A stretch of 64,000 nt of DNA from a virus. Its lineage: Duplodnaviria; Caudoviricetes. The stretch lies in the IMG/VR virus record IMGVR_UViG_3300028833_000073, positions 1 through 64,000 of that record. One strand, 5' to 3'. Below, piece after piece: positions 1 through 8,486 of the stretch. The translations under genes and the position numbers were made by a program. Each line of letters starts with the position of its first letter. Position 1 is the first letter of the stretch. The notes below the pieces were generated by a model, which saw nothing but the letters and a program-made list of their open reading frames with translations, searched no databases and was not told where the DNA came from.

Positions 1-869
1 TCAAAGTAATTAGTGTTACTCCTGATACATTGTATAATGGATCTAATTGGTGGAAGATAGACTATAAGTTAGATCAACATAAGTGGGAAGAAGGAACTAT
101 TGATGATAAAGTAGTTAAAGTTATTAATTTCAAGGTAGAAAACTATGGTACTGAGTACAACTGTTTACTAGAAGAAGAGAAGAGTGAAGAGTTCGATAAT
201 ACTCTCAATGCTCTTACTGAACTAGAGCAGTATTTCAAGAACATCTTCTATAACGAGAACGTACAAACCTTTATCTTTTATAACTTGGATGAGTCCTTTG
301 AATCACCAACCGTATTAGACCTAGCTACTGCTAGATTCTATGACCCCTTTATGATCGAATTCTTGAGAAGGAATAATATCCTGAAGGATATTGACTTCCT
401 TTATATAGATCATAGAACCATCTTATCCGACCAGTTCATAGTAGAGTATGACCATAGTATGTTCAAGGCTATAGAAACTGGTAGGTTAGACCAACTCAAA
501 GCTTTTAATAATCCCTTCTGTGGAGTTGCTGTGGAAGAACCCACATCTCTTCTATCTCAATTTTCAGAAACTTACTATCAAGCCACTTATAGTAAATATG
601 AAAGAATGCATTGTGTAAGAAGCTTCTATGTATTCAGTACTGAAGTTATCGACCGGATAGTAAATGATAACTTATATACTGAAGATGAGAAGCTAATCTA
701 CAATGTAGTGATAAATTACTTCAATGGAAGAATGACGGATGTAAAAGACTTTAAGATAGCAATAGAACGGATGGATTATATAAACAACTTTAATACCTTC
801 TATATAATCCCATTCGTTATATACATCATGAATAAGGATCTAATAACTTCTAGCAATGAAGACAGTTAA
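1..869 (+). CDS. C-terminal part of a probable virion structural protein (5' end outside window)
   Basis: Frame is open from position 3 to the stop at 869. No recognisable motif; the function is a guess from context. Confidence 0.55.
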   Translation, partial: KVISVTPDTLYNGSNWWKIDYKLDQHKWEEGTIDDKVVKVINFKVENYGTEYNCLLEEEKSEEFDNTLNALTELEQYFKNIFYNENVQTFIFYNLDESFESPTVLDLATARFYDPFMIEFLRRNNILKDIDFLYIDHRTILSDQFIVEYDHSMFKAIETGRLDQLKAFNNPFCGVAVEEPTSLLSQFSETYYQATYSKYERMHCVRSFYVFSTEVIDRIVNDNLYTEDEKLIYNVVINYFNGRMTDVKDFKIAIERMDYINNFNTFYIIPFVIYIMNKDLITSSNEDS

Positions 870-886
870 ATAAGGAGGGAAGAGTT

Positions 887-1048
887 ATGTCTTTAGCTCT
901 TGACTTATATCTTGGTAGATTATTTGATGATGAAGTTTATGCGGAGATGGTAATGGATGATGGAGTAGATGAATATGTATGTGAAGCTACTACTGAAGCC
1001 ATTACTGAGTCCGTATCCTATAAATTATTTGAGGAGGAATTAGGATGA
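887..1048 (+). CDS. Small acidic protein (53 aa, MSLALDLYLG...FEEELG)
   Basis: SD AAGGAGG at 872-878, ATG 887, TGA 1046-1048. Translated by hand (below ORF-track cutoff). Contains VCE-A and ITE-S motifs. Confidence 0.7.
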   Translation: MSLALDLYLGRLFDDEVYAEMVMDDGVDEYVCEATTEAITESVSYKLFEEELG

Positions 1049-1179
1049 ATGAGATCTATTCAGATCAGTTCACTGAATCAGAAGATCTGATCTTTGAAGC
1101 TAAGTTAGTGGAGATGGAAGAAGTTGTTAATGAAGGTTGTGTAGAATTTGATGTAGTTGATGATTATCTTACGATGTGA
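1045..1179 (+). CDS. Small acidic protein (44 aa, MNEIYSDQFTES...DDYLTM)
   Basis: ATGA overlap with the previous stop; SD GAGGAGG at 1031-1037. Contains FTE-S, IFE-A and VNE-G motifs. Confidence 0.7.
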   Translation: MNEIYSDQFTESEDLIFEAKLVEMEEVVNEGCVEFDVVDDYLTM

Positions 1180-1224
1180 CATTCAGTTAAGTAATCAACC
1201 TACATATACAAGGAGTTGACTATA

Positions 1225-1851
1225 ATGGCAATTTATAAAGTGGTAAACATTCATCCTCAGGGTAAGCCTATTACTGCACTTAATCAGATGATTCGTTCTG
1301 ATATTATGGGTGCTAAGCTTACTACTGATCAGATTAGAGAGATTATCCTTCAGAAGGGTGCTGTTCGTGAAGTACTTCCTGATGGATCTACTGTTGCTCT
1401 TACTTTAGCAAATTATACAGATACTAATCTGTATGAGAAGAAGCTAGAACTAGAAAGACAAGAAGCTGCTAAGATTAAGCAAGCACAGATTGAGAGGTCT
1501 AAGAGTGCTAGAACTATTGTTGATAAGAACAAGGCTCGTAGAGAAGCACTATCAAAACTTAAGAAAGATACTATTTCACAACCCACTCAAAGGATTGATA
1601 CATCCGCTATTGTTACAAATGCAGCCGCTGCTGCTAACATTAAAGATGATAATGTTCCTAGGGTGTCTAAGGTTCCTACTATCCAGACAGGAATCATGAC
1701 TGACCTTGATAATGTTAATACTAATCCCTATGCTAGTGTACAGAGAGATTTTACTAATAAAGGTAAGACCGCTTCTTCTGTCATTAGTGATAGTGCAGAT
1801 GCTGTTGCTAAGGCAAGGGCTAGAATTGAAGCTAATAAGCAAAAGAAGTAA
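1225..1851 (+). CDS. Hypothetical protein
   Basis: SD AAGGAG before ATG 1225; followed by a hairpin terminator. Confidence 0.75.
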   Translation: MAIYKVVNIHPQGKPITALNQMIRSDIMGAKLTTDQIREIILQKGAVREVLPDGSTVALTLANYTDTNLYEKKLELERQEAAKIKQAQIERSKSARTIVDKNKARREALSKLKKDTISQPTQRIDTSAIVTNAAAAANIKDDNVPRVSKVPTIQTGIMTDLDNVNTNPYASVQRDFTNKGKTASSVISDSADAVAKARARIEANKQKK

Positions 1852-1857
1852 ATACTG

Positions 1858-1881
1858 GGGTACCCTAATGGGTACCCTTTT
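1858..1881. terminator. Intrinsic terminator, GTAC family, between convergent genes
   Basis: GGGTACCC-TAAT-GGGTACCC followed by a T-run. Confidence 0.75.
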
Positions 1882-1882
1882 A

Positions 1883-2005
1883 TTATCCCTCATAAGTATA
1901 GTATTCATCATAATGATCTATGTAAGTAACAGTCTCCTTACTTTCATACTCAATATCAGTAACAGATTCTAATTCTACTGTAGTAGTATCATCACTAAAA
2001 CCCAT
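1883..2005 (-). CDS. Small acidic protein (40 aa, MGFSDDTTTVELES...YTYEG)
   Basis: SD AAGGAAGTG upstream of ATG; hand translation. Confidence 0.5.
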   Translation of the reverse strand: MGFSDDTTTVELESVTDIEYESKETVTYIDHYDEYYTYEG

Positions 2006-2079
2006 CTTAATCACTTCCTTACAAAAAAATAAAGAGGAGTCCATATCAGAACTCCTCTCTTTACTCTTTTAGTTTTCTT

Positions 2080-2700
2080 TTACTGGTGGTCGAATAAGAA
2101 TTTAATATCAATATCCTTATCAGGATACTTATACTGGATGATATTCAACAACTGGTTTCTAGCCCAGTCCAGAAAGATCTCGTTTTCCGTAGAGGTGGAA
2201 AACATTGCGAGATGTCCTGTATTTACCACAGTATCAAACTTATTGAACTTGATCTTACCAGCGAATATTTCCCAATTTACAATTTTCATCATCTCCAGAG
2301 TAGTGATGATATCTTTGTTATTTTTCTGCCCAGTGTAGATGAAATCAATATTCAATTTCTTATCTTCCGTATTAGTAACTTCACACTTAGAATTCTTGAT
2401 TCTAACGAAGTTATTCATAAGACGAGAAAGAATATTGTTATCTACATACCGTACTATAACCTCTTTCTTATTTCCTTCTTTCTTCTCTTTATCACTAATA
2501 GCAGTAATCTTCTTTGTAAGATCATTGATTCTATCATTTGTCTCATCCATAAGAGAATATAACATGATAGCCAACTCACTTACATCTTCATTGTCTAAAG
2601 ATCTTAAGTCAATTTCCCTTGAGATATATCCTATAGCTTTCTTTAACATCACTGATCCTTCCATGATCTCATTTTGAACTTCTAAATCTTTCTCATTCAT
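2080..2700 (-). CDS. Hypothetical early protein
   Basis: 206-aa ORF with SD AGGAGAGG, preceded by the early promoter motif. Confidence 0.8.
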   Translation of the reverse strand: MNEKDLEVQNEIMEGSVMLKKAIGYISREIDLRSLDNEDVSELAIMLYSLMDETNDRINDLTKKITAISDKEKKEGNKKEVIVRYVDNNILSRLMNNFVRIKNSKCEVTNTEDKKLNIDFIYTGQKNNKDIITTLEMMKIVNWEIFAGKIKFNKFDTVVNTGHLAMFSTSTENEIFLDWARNQLLNIIQYKYPDKDIDIKFLFDHQ

Positions 2701-2720
2701 TTAATCCTCTCCTTTCTCGA

Positions 2721-2755
2721 CCATAGTTATAATATATCGACGAAAAAAAGTTTAC
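2721..2755 (-). promoter_or_regulatory. Putative early promoter
   Basis: GATATATTATAACTATGG on the minus strand, directly upstream of 2080..2700. Confidence 0.65.
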
Positions 2756-2803
2756 TTAGGGAGTCTTACCAGACTCCCTATTATATTCTAAGTTATAACC
2801 CAA

Positions 2804-4441
2804 TTAAAAAACTGGATCAGTAAGTTTCTTCATGTCAGGAACTTCCATAGTGAGTGCAAAGGTAGCATCGACAGCTTGGGCATGAGCAAATATAGCTAAG
2901 TCCCCGTTTAACCCAATAAAATGATTAACCCCATTTATCTGTTTTTTAACCTCATCATTCGCCTCGTCGCTGTAAATACCTTTAACAGAGCACGTGTCAC
3001 CATCATAGTCCCCACCTATGCTCTTCAAGTATACGTTAGATAGATTCATAGTGTCAATGAACATATTAGATGTATCTATCCCCATATCTTCTTGTCTAAT
3101 CTTAGGGTATTTTTTATAGACCTGGTTTTTAAGGATAATAGATTCTGTCTCTATAGTAGAAGATACATTAACCATCAATGGTATCTGATTAAAGTAAGAA
3201 TCCATTGGATAACGAGTGATGAGTACACATTTGTCTTTAACAGCTTCTGATACAGCTATAAAGATTGCATCACACCAGGTAAAGTCTCTATCTATTATAG
3301 TAGAAGATTCTGGATCTATTGTCTTTTTACCCTTAATCATTAAGATGGCATCATCAGTGTTTACCTTCATTCCTTTGAATCTCATCTTAATTGGATTCTT
3401 AGGACCTTTCTTTACTGGTACTACTATTGGTATAAATCTATTAGAATATCCATGTATGAATCTATCAATTTGCTTCTTTAACTCATCATCAGAAAATGCT
3501 ATTTGGTAATTCTCTAACTCATATTCTTTCTCTGTAGTAGCATCAAAGTAAGTCATACGTCCTGCAAATTCATTTTCAAAGAATCGTCTTAGATGAAAGA
3601 GAACAAAAGGAAAGAAGTTAACGCATAGAGATGCTAAAGGAATGGCTGCATGATCGCAGTCACATGTAAACTCATCTATAGTCTCTACATTAAGTTTAGG
3701 AGCAGTCATAACAAGTCTTGAAGAATAGTCAGTGGTCTTAGCCATTGATGCTCTTCTTAAAATACCGAACTTTCTTCCTATCTGAGGTTCTTCTCCAAAC
3801 CAGTTATATATCTCTAGTATAGTCTCTTGTATTCTTCCTCTTATAGCACCAGTTAAAGTTAAACCATAATCAGAAGTCTCTTTGAGTGATCTTACTGCTA
3901 TTACTAGAGCATTATATAACTTATTGATTCCTTCTATAGAGATTCTTCTACCATCTGTCTGTACATCTCTATAGTATGCAGGAATTACTGGAAACTTATC
4001 TATGAATACAAAATCTTTGAATGTGTGTAAATATTCGATATCTTTATTATGAGTGAAAGATTCATTCTCCTTCCACTTAAACTTATCAAAGTTCTGTTGT
4101 AACCATTTGATACCACAGTTACCCTTCTCATCTGGTTCTAATTTACCATCAGGATTGATCTTGAAATTCTGTGTTTGATGTACGCATGCTCTAATCTTAC
4201 TATCCAATCTATTCCATGCTTTATAGAAGGATGGGTTTATGAATGGTTCTTCTAGATCTATATAAGCAAATGATTCTGCTCTATCATTCTTAGTAATACC
4301 AAAGATCTCATTAGATAGTAATCCATCCGATGTAGGTTGTCCAAATTTATTAAAGAATACTGGATTCGTTATAGGCTTAAGATCATTTACCTTTATTAGC
4401 TTCTTCATATCTAGTGGTTCTACTTTGAACTTCTTCGCCAT
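2804..4441 (-). CDS. Phage multisubunit RNA polymerase beta'-like subunit (catalytic DxDGD fragment), probably virion RNAP
   Basis: GLLSNEIFG (cf. beta' GLFCERIFG), PVIPAYYRD, INKLY, KTTDYSSRLV (cf. KRVDYSGRSV), ITRYP and GGDYDGD (cf. NADFDGD). The split-subunit size is typical of phiKZ/AR9-like RNAPs. Confidence 0.9.
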   Translation of the reverse strand: MAKKFKVEPLDMKKLIKVNDLKPITNPVFFNKFGQPTSDGLLSNEIFGITKNDRAESFAYIDLEEPFINPSFYKAWNRLDSKIRACVHQTQNFKINPDGKLEPDEKGNCGIKWLQQNFDKFKWKENESFTHNKDIEYLHTFKDFVFIDKFPVIPAYYRDVQTDGRRISIEGINKLYNALVIAVRSLKETSDYGLTLTGAIRGRIQETILEIYNWFGEEPQIGRKFGILRRASMAKTTDYSSRLVMTAPKLNVETIDEFTCDCDHAAIPLASLCVNFFPFVLFHLRRFFENEFAGRMTYFDATTEKEYELENYQIAFSDDELKKQIDRFIHGYSNRFIPIVVPVKKGPKNPIKMRFKGMKVNTDDAILMIKGKKTIDPESSTIIDRDFTWCDAIFIAVSEAVKDKCVLITRYPMDSYFNQIPLMVNVSSTIETESIILKNQVYKKYPKIRQEDMGIDTSNMFIDTMNLSNVYLKSIGGDYDGDTCSVKGIYSDEANDEVKKQINGVNHFIGLNGDLAIFAHAQAVDATFALTMEVPDMKKLTDPVF

Positions 4442-4505
4442 ACATCTTCAACTCCTTTTTAACTCAAAGTCAAAGAAGAGAGAGCTTAATAGCTCTCTCA
4501 ACTTC

Positions 4506-4820
4506 TTATTTCTTAGGTCTAAATGAAATACCTATAGTACGTTCATCAATACTATTATAGATAACTTCATTCTTGCAACAGTTTGAAACACTAGCTGACT
4601 TGACTGTATCTAAAATCCAAGCTCTTATAAGCTTAGGATTCTCATTTCTTCTTATTTTCACTTGATAATTCAGTGGAGTCTCTACAACTAGTTCTTCTAT
4701 ATAACCCCTCACGGGATTGATTAAGCTATATAGCTCTTTAAACTCATCAAAACCTTCTATCATATGGTCAGGGTTATTATATCGAACCCTATCTTTAAAA
4801 AAATGTAGAGTATCGTTCAT
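4506..4820 (-). CDS. Hypothetical protein
   Basis: ORF with SD AAGGTGG, followed by a hairpin at ~4477-4499. Confidence 0.7.
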   Translation of the reverse strand: MNDTLHFFKDRVRYNNPDHMIEGFDEFKELYSLINPVRGYIEELVVETPLNYQVKIRRNENPKLIRAWILDTVKSASVSNCCKNEVIYNSIDERTIGISFRPKK

Positions 4821-4839
4821 AATAACCACCTTCTTGTGC

Positions 4840-5243
4840 TTATTCTTCTAGCTCATCCATTAGAGCATTCATATCCAGGCCAGGTATTGAAAGAGGTGCT
4901 CCAAGGTCTTCTTGTTCTCTATCTTGACGTGCCATCTGAAGTCTTCTAGCTTGAGCATCTTGTACTTTGGCTGGGAGTCTGACGCCACGTTTCTTGAGTA
5001 ACTCGAGGACCTTGGCTTCTCTTTCTCTTTCACGCTTCTTTTGCTTTTCTTTTTCCTTCTTCTCTTCTTCACGCTTCTGTTCTTCAAGCATATCTTCGTA
5101 GGCTAGATAGTAAAGATCTTCTATATCCGATGGAGTAAAAGGTCTTCCATGTAGCTCTCCGATAGTAGTCTTTCTTAAACGAGAAGCTATAAAGATTAGC
5201 TTTCGGAAATATTGAGCACGCGGCCCAACCTGGATCGTAGAAA
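4840..5243 (-). CDS. gp51-like (T-type) assembly chaperone frame, probably reached by -1 frameshift from the upstream gene
   Basis: Frame is open from the CTT-TTT site (5241-5246) down to the stop at 4840; no SD before ATG 5091. YFRKLIFIASRLRKTTIGELHGRPFTPSDIEDLYYLAYEDMLEEQ resembles gp51-type chaperones. Confidence 0.55.
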
Positions 5244-6653
5244 AAGCATCATTAGTGGTTCCATCTCTTGAGCGTCTTTCTTAGTATGACACTTATCACA
5301 TTCAACCTCAGGATACTGGTAAGTAACACGAGGAGTATCAGCACCATACTTAGAAACATACTGAGAGATCTCATAACGAAGATAAGAATACTCATCAGCA
5401 TCAAGAGAGTTAAGAATACGGCTATAGATAGCAACCTTCCTCTTAACACTAAGATTATGATTAGTCTCATCTGGCTTAGTATCAATAGGAACTAGCATCT
5501 TAGTATCTTCATCAATCTTGAAGATCTCATCGACATAAAGAAGAGTATCAACAAGATCACTATTGTTATCACGGAAGTCCTTACTAAGAACCCTCTGCTC
5601 AAAGATAATCTTATACAGAGAAGGAATATTGATTGTGCAGCAGTATTCCTTAGACACCTGTAGAAGCTTCTTATTGATAAGATTCTTAGTAGTAGGATCC
5701 TTCTGAATGATCTGTTCCATCCTCTTCTTAACATCATCATTCTTATATACAATCATCTGATCAAACTTCATAGAAGCTAGATAGACATTGTTACACTTCT
5801 CATTATCACAAGTGAAGGATGCATAGTTAGAACCCTTAAAAGTAGATTTAAAGATACAGAAGAATAGATCAGAAAGATCTAGATAAGTGAACTTCTGTAG
5901 CCACTCTTCAAGAGAAGTCTTATTAGCATCAACAACATGATTATGGATGATTTCAAAGGTATGTACCTGGTCAATAAGATCATTGTTAGATGTTTCAGTG
6001 GTAATGATCTGAAGTTCAGGACCACTAAAAGAAGTCATAGCAATAGAACTACCAGAGAAGTAAAGACCCCATGCTCCTACCTTACTTTCACTCATATTGG
6101 TCTTAAAGATCTTACCAATCTGAATAGGAGTAGTAGAGATGCGATAAGATGTAAGGTCAATCTTATCACGATCAATGATAGTCTTCTTATATGAATCCTT
6201 AAGTTCCATGAACCTACGATTAGCTTCTTCTCTTTCCTTCTCAGCTTTACGAGCTTCTTCTTGCTTCTTATAGATTTCATCATCAGTCAATTCAAGATTC
6301 TCTTCACTTAGAAGATCATCTAGAATCTTCTTAGTCTCATCTTCTACTCTCTCTTGTTCCTTCTTAGCTAGGTCTTCACTATCTTCTTTGATAGCATCAT
6401 TAGCAACCTTAAGCTCATCAATATTCTTAGCAGCATTAAGATTCTTATTATCAATCTTATCCTGCTTCATCTTAGCTTCTTCTGCTGCAATCTCAGCATC
6501 AAGTGCATCAATATCAGCCATACTACGCTCATTAGTAACTACCTGAGCAGAAATTTCATTCTGTACATTCTCATCAGGTGCTAGTACATCCTTCTTCTTC
6601 TCTTCAGCACTAGCTTCTTTAATATCCTTAAGATCAAGTGGCTTGTTAGACAT
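5196..6653 (-). CDS. Baseplate-hub/tail assembly chaperone, T4 gp26-like
   Basis: SD AAGGAGG before ATG 6653. Acidic coiled N-terminus, two Cys pairs (CDNEKC, CDKC), in an operon with the gp25-like gene. Confidence 0.55.
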   Translation of the reverse strand: MSNKPLDLKDIKEASAEEKKKDVLAPDENVQNEISAQVVTNERSMADIDALDAEIAAEEAKMKQDKIDNKNLNAAKNIDELKVANDAIKEDSEDLAKKEQERVEDETKKILDDLLSEENLELTDDEIYKKQEEARKAEKEREEANRRFMELKDSYKKTIIDRDKIDLTSYRISTTPIQIGKIFKTNMSESKVGAWGLYFSGSSIAMTSFSGPELQIITTETSNNDLIDQVHTFEIIHNHVVDANKTSLEEWLQKFTYLDLSDLFFCIFKSTFKGSNYASFTCDNEKCNNVYLASMKFDQMIVYKNDDVKKRMEQIIQKDPTTKNLINKKLLQVSKEYCCTINIPSLYKIIFEQRVLSKDFRDNNSDLVDTLLYVDEIFKIDEDTKMLVPIDTKPDETNHNLSVKRKVAIYSRILNSLDADEYSYLRYEISQYVSKYGADTPRVTYQYPEVECDKCHTKKDAQEMEPLMMLFLRSRLGRVLNISES

Positions 6654-6666
6654 TAATGTTTCCTCC

Positions 6667-7506
6667 TTATAGCAACATACTAGGATCAATAGCTATACTA
6701 TCAGGTTCCTCTTTACGTTGCTCTGTTTTTGGTCTAACTATTGGTTCATTACGTTTTACTGTAGGTGTATTGTCTGATAGTAGATCATCAATTGAAATAC
6801 TTCCTTTAATAGCTTTATCTTCAATCATAGTATTATCAAAGTCTTTTTGCTTACCTGGATCAAGGATATCCTCCTTTTCTCCTTCTGGTAAGTAATGACC
6901 ATATTGAGCAAGTTCTTTCTTTCTACGAAGTGTTCTTTGTCCAGCTATATACTGACCTCTATAAGGATCATATGACTCTGTTGTTGCTACTGCTTCATTA
7001 GCCATATTCTCTCCAAACGCATTAAGCTTTTCAAGAACCTCAGCAGCATTAACATTATTATTTTCCATCTGGCTATCAATTACTGCTTCCATTACTATTT
7101 CCTTCTGAGGTCTAATAATGAGAGCTTCATATCTATTGATAGCCTTATCAAATCCTTCATTTAGTTCATCTACTAGCTTCTCTCTTCTTAGTGTAGCTTC
7201 ATCCTTGACTTCCTTATATGGTAAGATATCTGCTAAGTTTACCTTAACCATATTAGAAGGTCCTCTATGATTAGCTGGAGTGATTATTGGTGCTGGATTA
7301 GTGAGTCCTTTGTGCTCTGATTGAGAATTATTATCATCACCATATCGTTCACCAACAAATTTTCCAACTCCATTCTCACTTATAGCCTGTTGACGTAAAT
7401 CATCTGAGAATAGTTTCTCTGGATCAATATCTGTTCCTCGTCTCTCTTTATGAGGAACAAATACATTACCAGGACTACTCATCTTAAATTTCTTTCTTAC
7501 ACCCAC
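6667..7506 (-). CDS. Hypothetical protein (baseplate operon)
   Basis: 279-aa ORF co-oriented between the gp25-like and gp26-like genes. Confidence 0.75.
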   Translation of the reverse strand: MGVRKKFKMSSPGNVFVPHKERRGTDIDPEKLFSDDLRQQAISENGVGKFVGERYGDDNNSQSEHKGLTNPAPIITPANHRGPSNMVKVNLADILPYKEVKDEATLRREKLVDELNEGFDKAINRYEALIIRPQKEIVMEAVIDSQMENNNVNAAEVLEKLNAFGENMANEAVATTESYDPYRGQYIAGQRTLRRKKELAQYGHYLPEGEKEDILDPGKQKDFDNTMIEDKAIKGSISIDDLLSDNTPTVKRNEPIVRPKTEQRKEEPDSIAIDPSMLL

Positions 7507-7520
7507 ATCATTTCACCCAC

Positions 7521-7883
7521 CTATATATCTCTTAGTGTTCTTGGCTTTATCTTTTCTCCATCATAACTATATTCAAATAAAGCATTATCAGCTTCTATTC
7601 CAATATATAGGATCTTATTCCTAATCTCCATCTTTACATCAACACTTTGTAGAGTTGGAAGAAATACTGATATCTGTTTCTTAAGATCCATCTCCATTGT
7701 AGGTAGTTCGTCTTCCTTAGCTAGTCTGTATCGGCTTCTTAATCCAAATCCTTTATCAGGTTGATCTGGACTAGTGCCCTTTTCATACATCATCAATCTA
7801 ATGATCTTAGTATTGACTACATCTAGATCTTTTATGATTTTAGGAGTATTGAACTCGTTTAATGCAAGGAGTGCCTCTTTCAT
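7521..7883 (-). CDS. Baseplate wedge / sheath initiator, gp25-like
   Basis: 120 aa; LMMYEKGTSPDQPDKGFGL matches the gp25/GPW pattern (L.T..GE.P..P.FG..L). Confidence 0.65.
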   Translation of the reverse strand: MKEALLALNEFNTPKIIKDLDVVNTKIIRLMMYEKGTSPDQPDKGFGLRSRYRLAKEDELPTMEMDLKKQISVFLPTLQSVDVKMEIRNKILYIGIEADNALFEYSYDGEKIKPRTLRDI

Positions 7884-7955
7884 ATCAAAATCAAACCTCC
7901 TAATTACCTATAGGTACTATATATTAAAAACTAATCAAATTAAGGAGTGAATGCG

Positions 7956-8396
7956 ATGGATAAGAATAAATTCTTCCAAAGCCAAGTAAATATCATTGAT
8001 TTGATTATCATTATTACTTGTGCTGTGGTTGCTATTCTTACTACAGTATTATATGGTTCACCCTCTGAGACAGTACTTGGTATTTTCGGTGGTGCTTTAG
8101 GTATAGCTAGACACAGTATTACAAAGACAGGAAATCTTCAACAAGATACCCATAACTATAACCAACCAGTGCAACCTGATCTACATCCATCAAATATCCA
8201 GACAATCGCAAATGCAATCAATAATGATAGAAAAGCTATTGGAAAACTTGATGAGAAAGTAACATCAGTACAAAAACAAATGATTAACGATAAGGCTGAT
8301 CAAATACTTAATATTCTTGCTGAGCAGAAAAGTAAAGTAAACTTTAAGAAACCTGAAATAGAAAGACCTACTAAGAGTCTTTTTGACGAGGAATGA
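7956..8396 (+). CDS. Membrane protein with two N-terminal hydrophobic segments, possible holin
   Basis: IIDLIIIITCAVVAILTTVLYG and VLGIFGGALGIA, then a soluble coiled tail. The holin call is speculative. Confidence 0.45.
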   Translation: MDKNKFFQSQVNIIDLIIIITCAVVAILTTVLYGSPSETVLGIFGGALGIARHSITKTGNLQQDTHNYNQPVQPDLHPSNIQTIANAINNDRKAIGKLDEKVTSVQKQMINDKADQILNILAEQKSKVNFKKPEIERPTKSLFDEE

Positions 8397-8486
8397 TATA
8401 GAGGTACCGGTGGTACCTCTATTAATTTTCTATGCCATCTTATCTTTTATTTTTTGATTTACTCAATGATAAGAGGTGAGATATCA

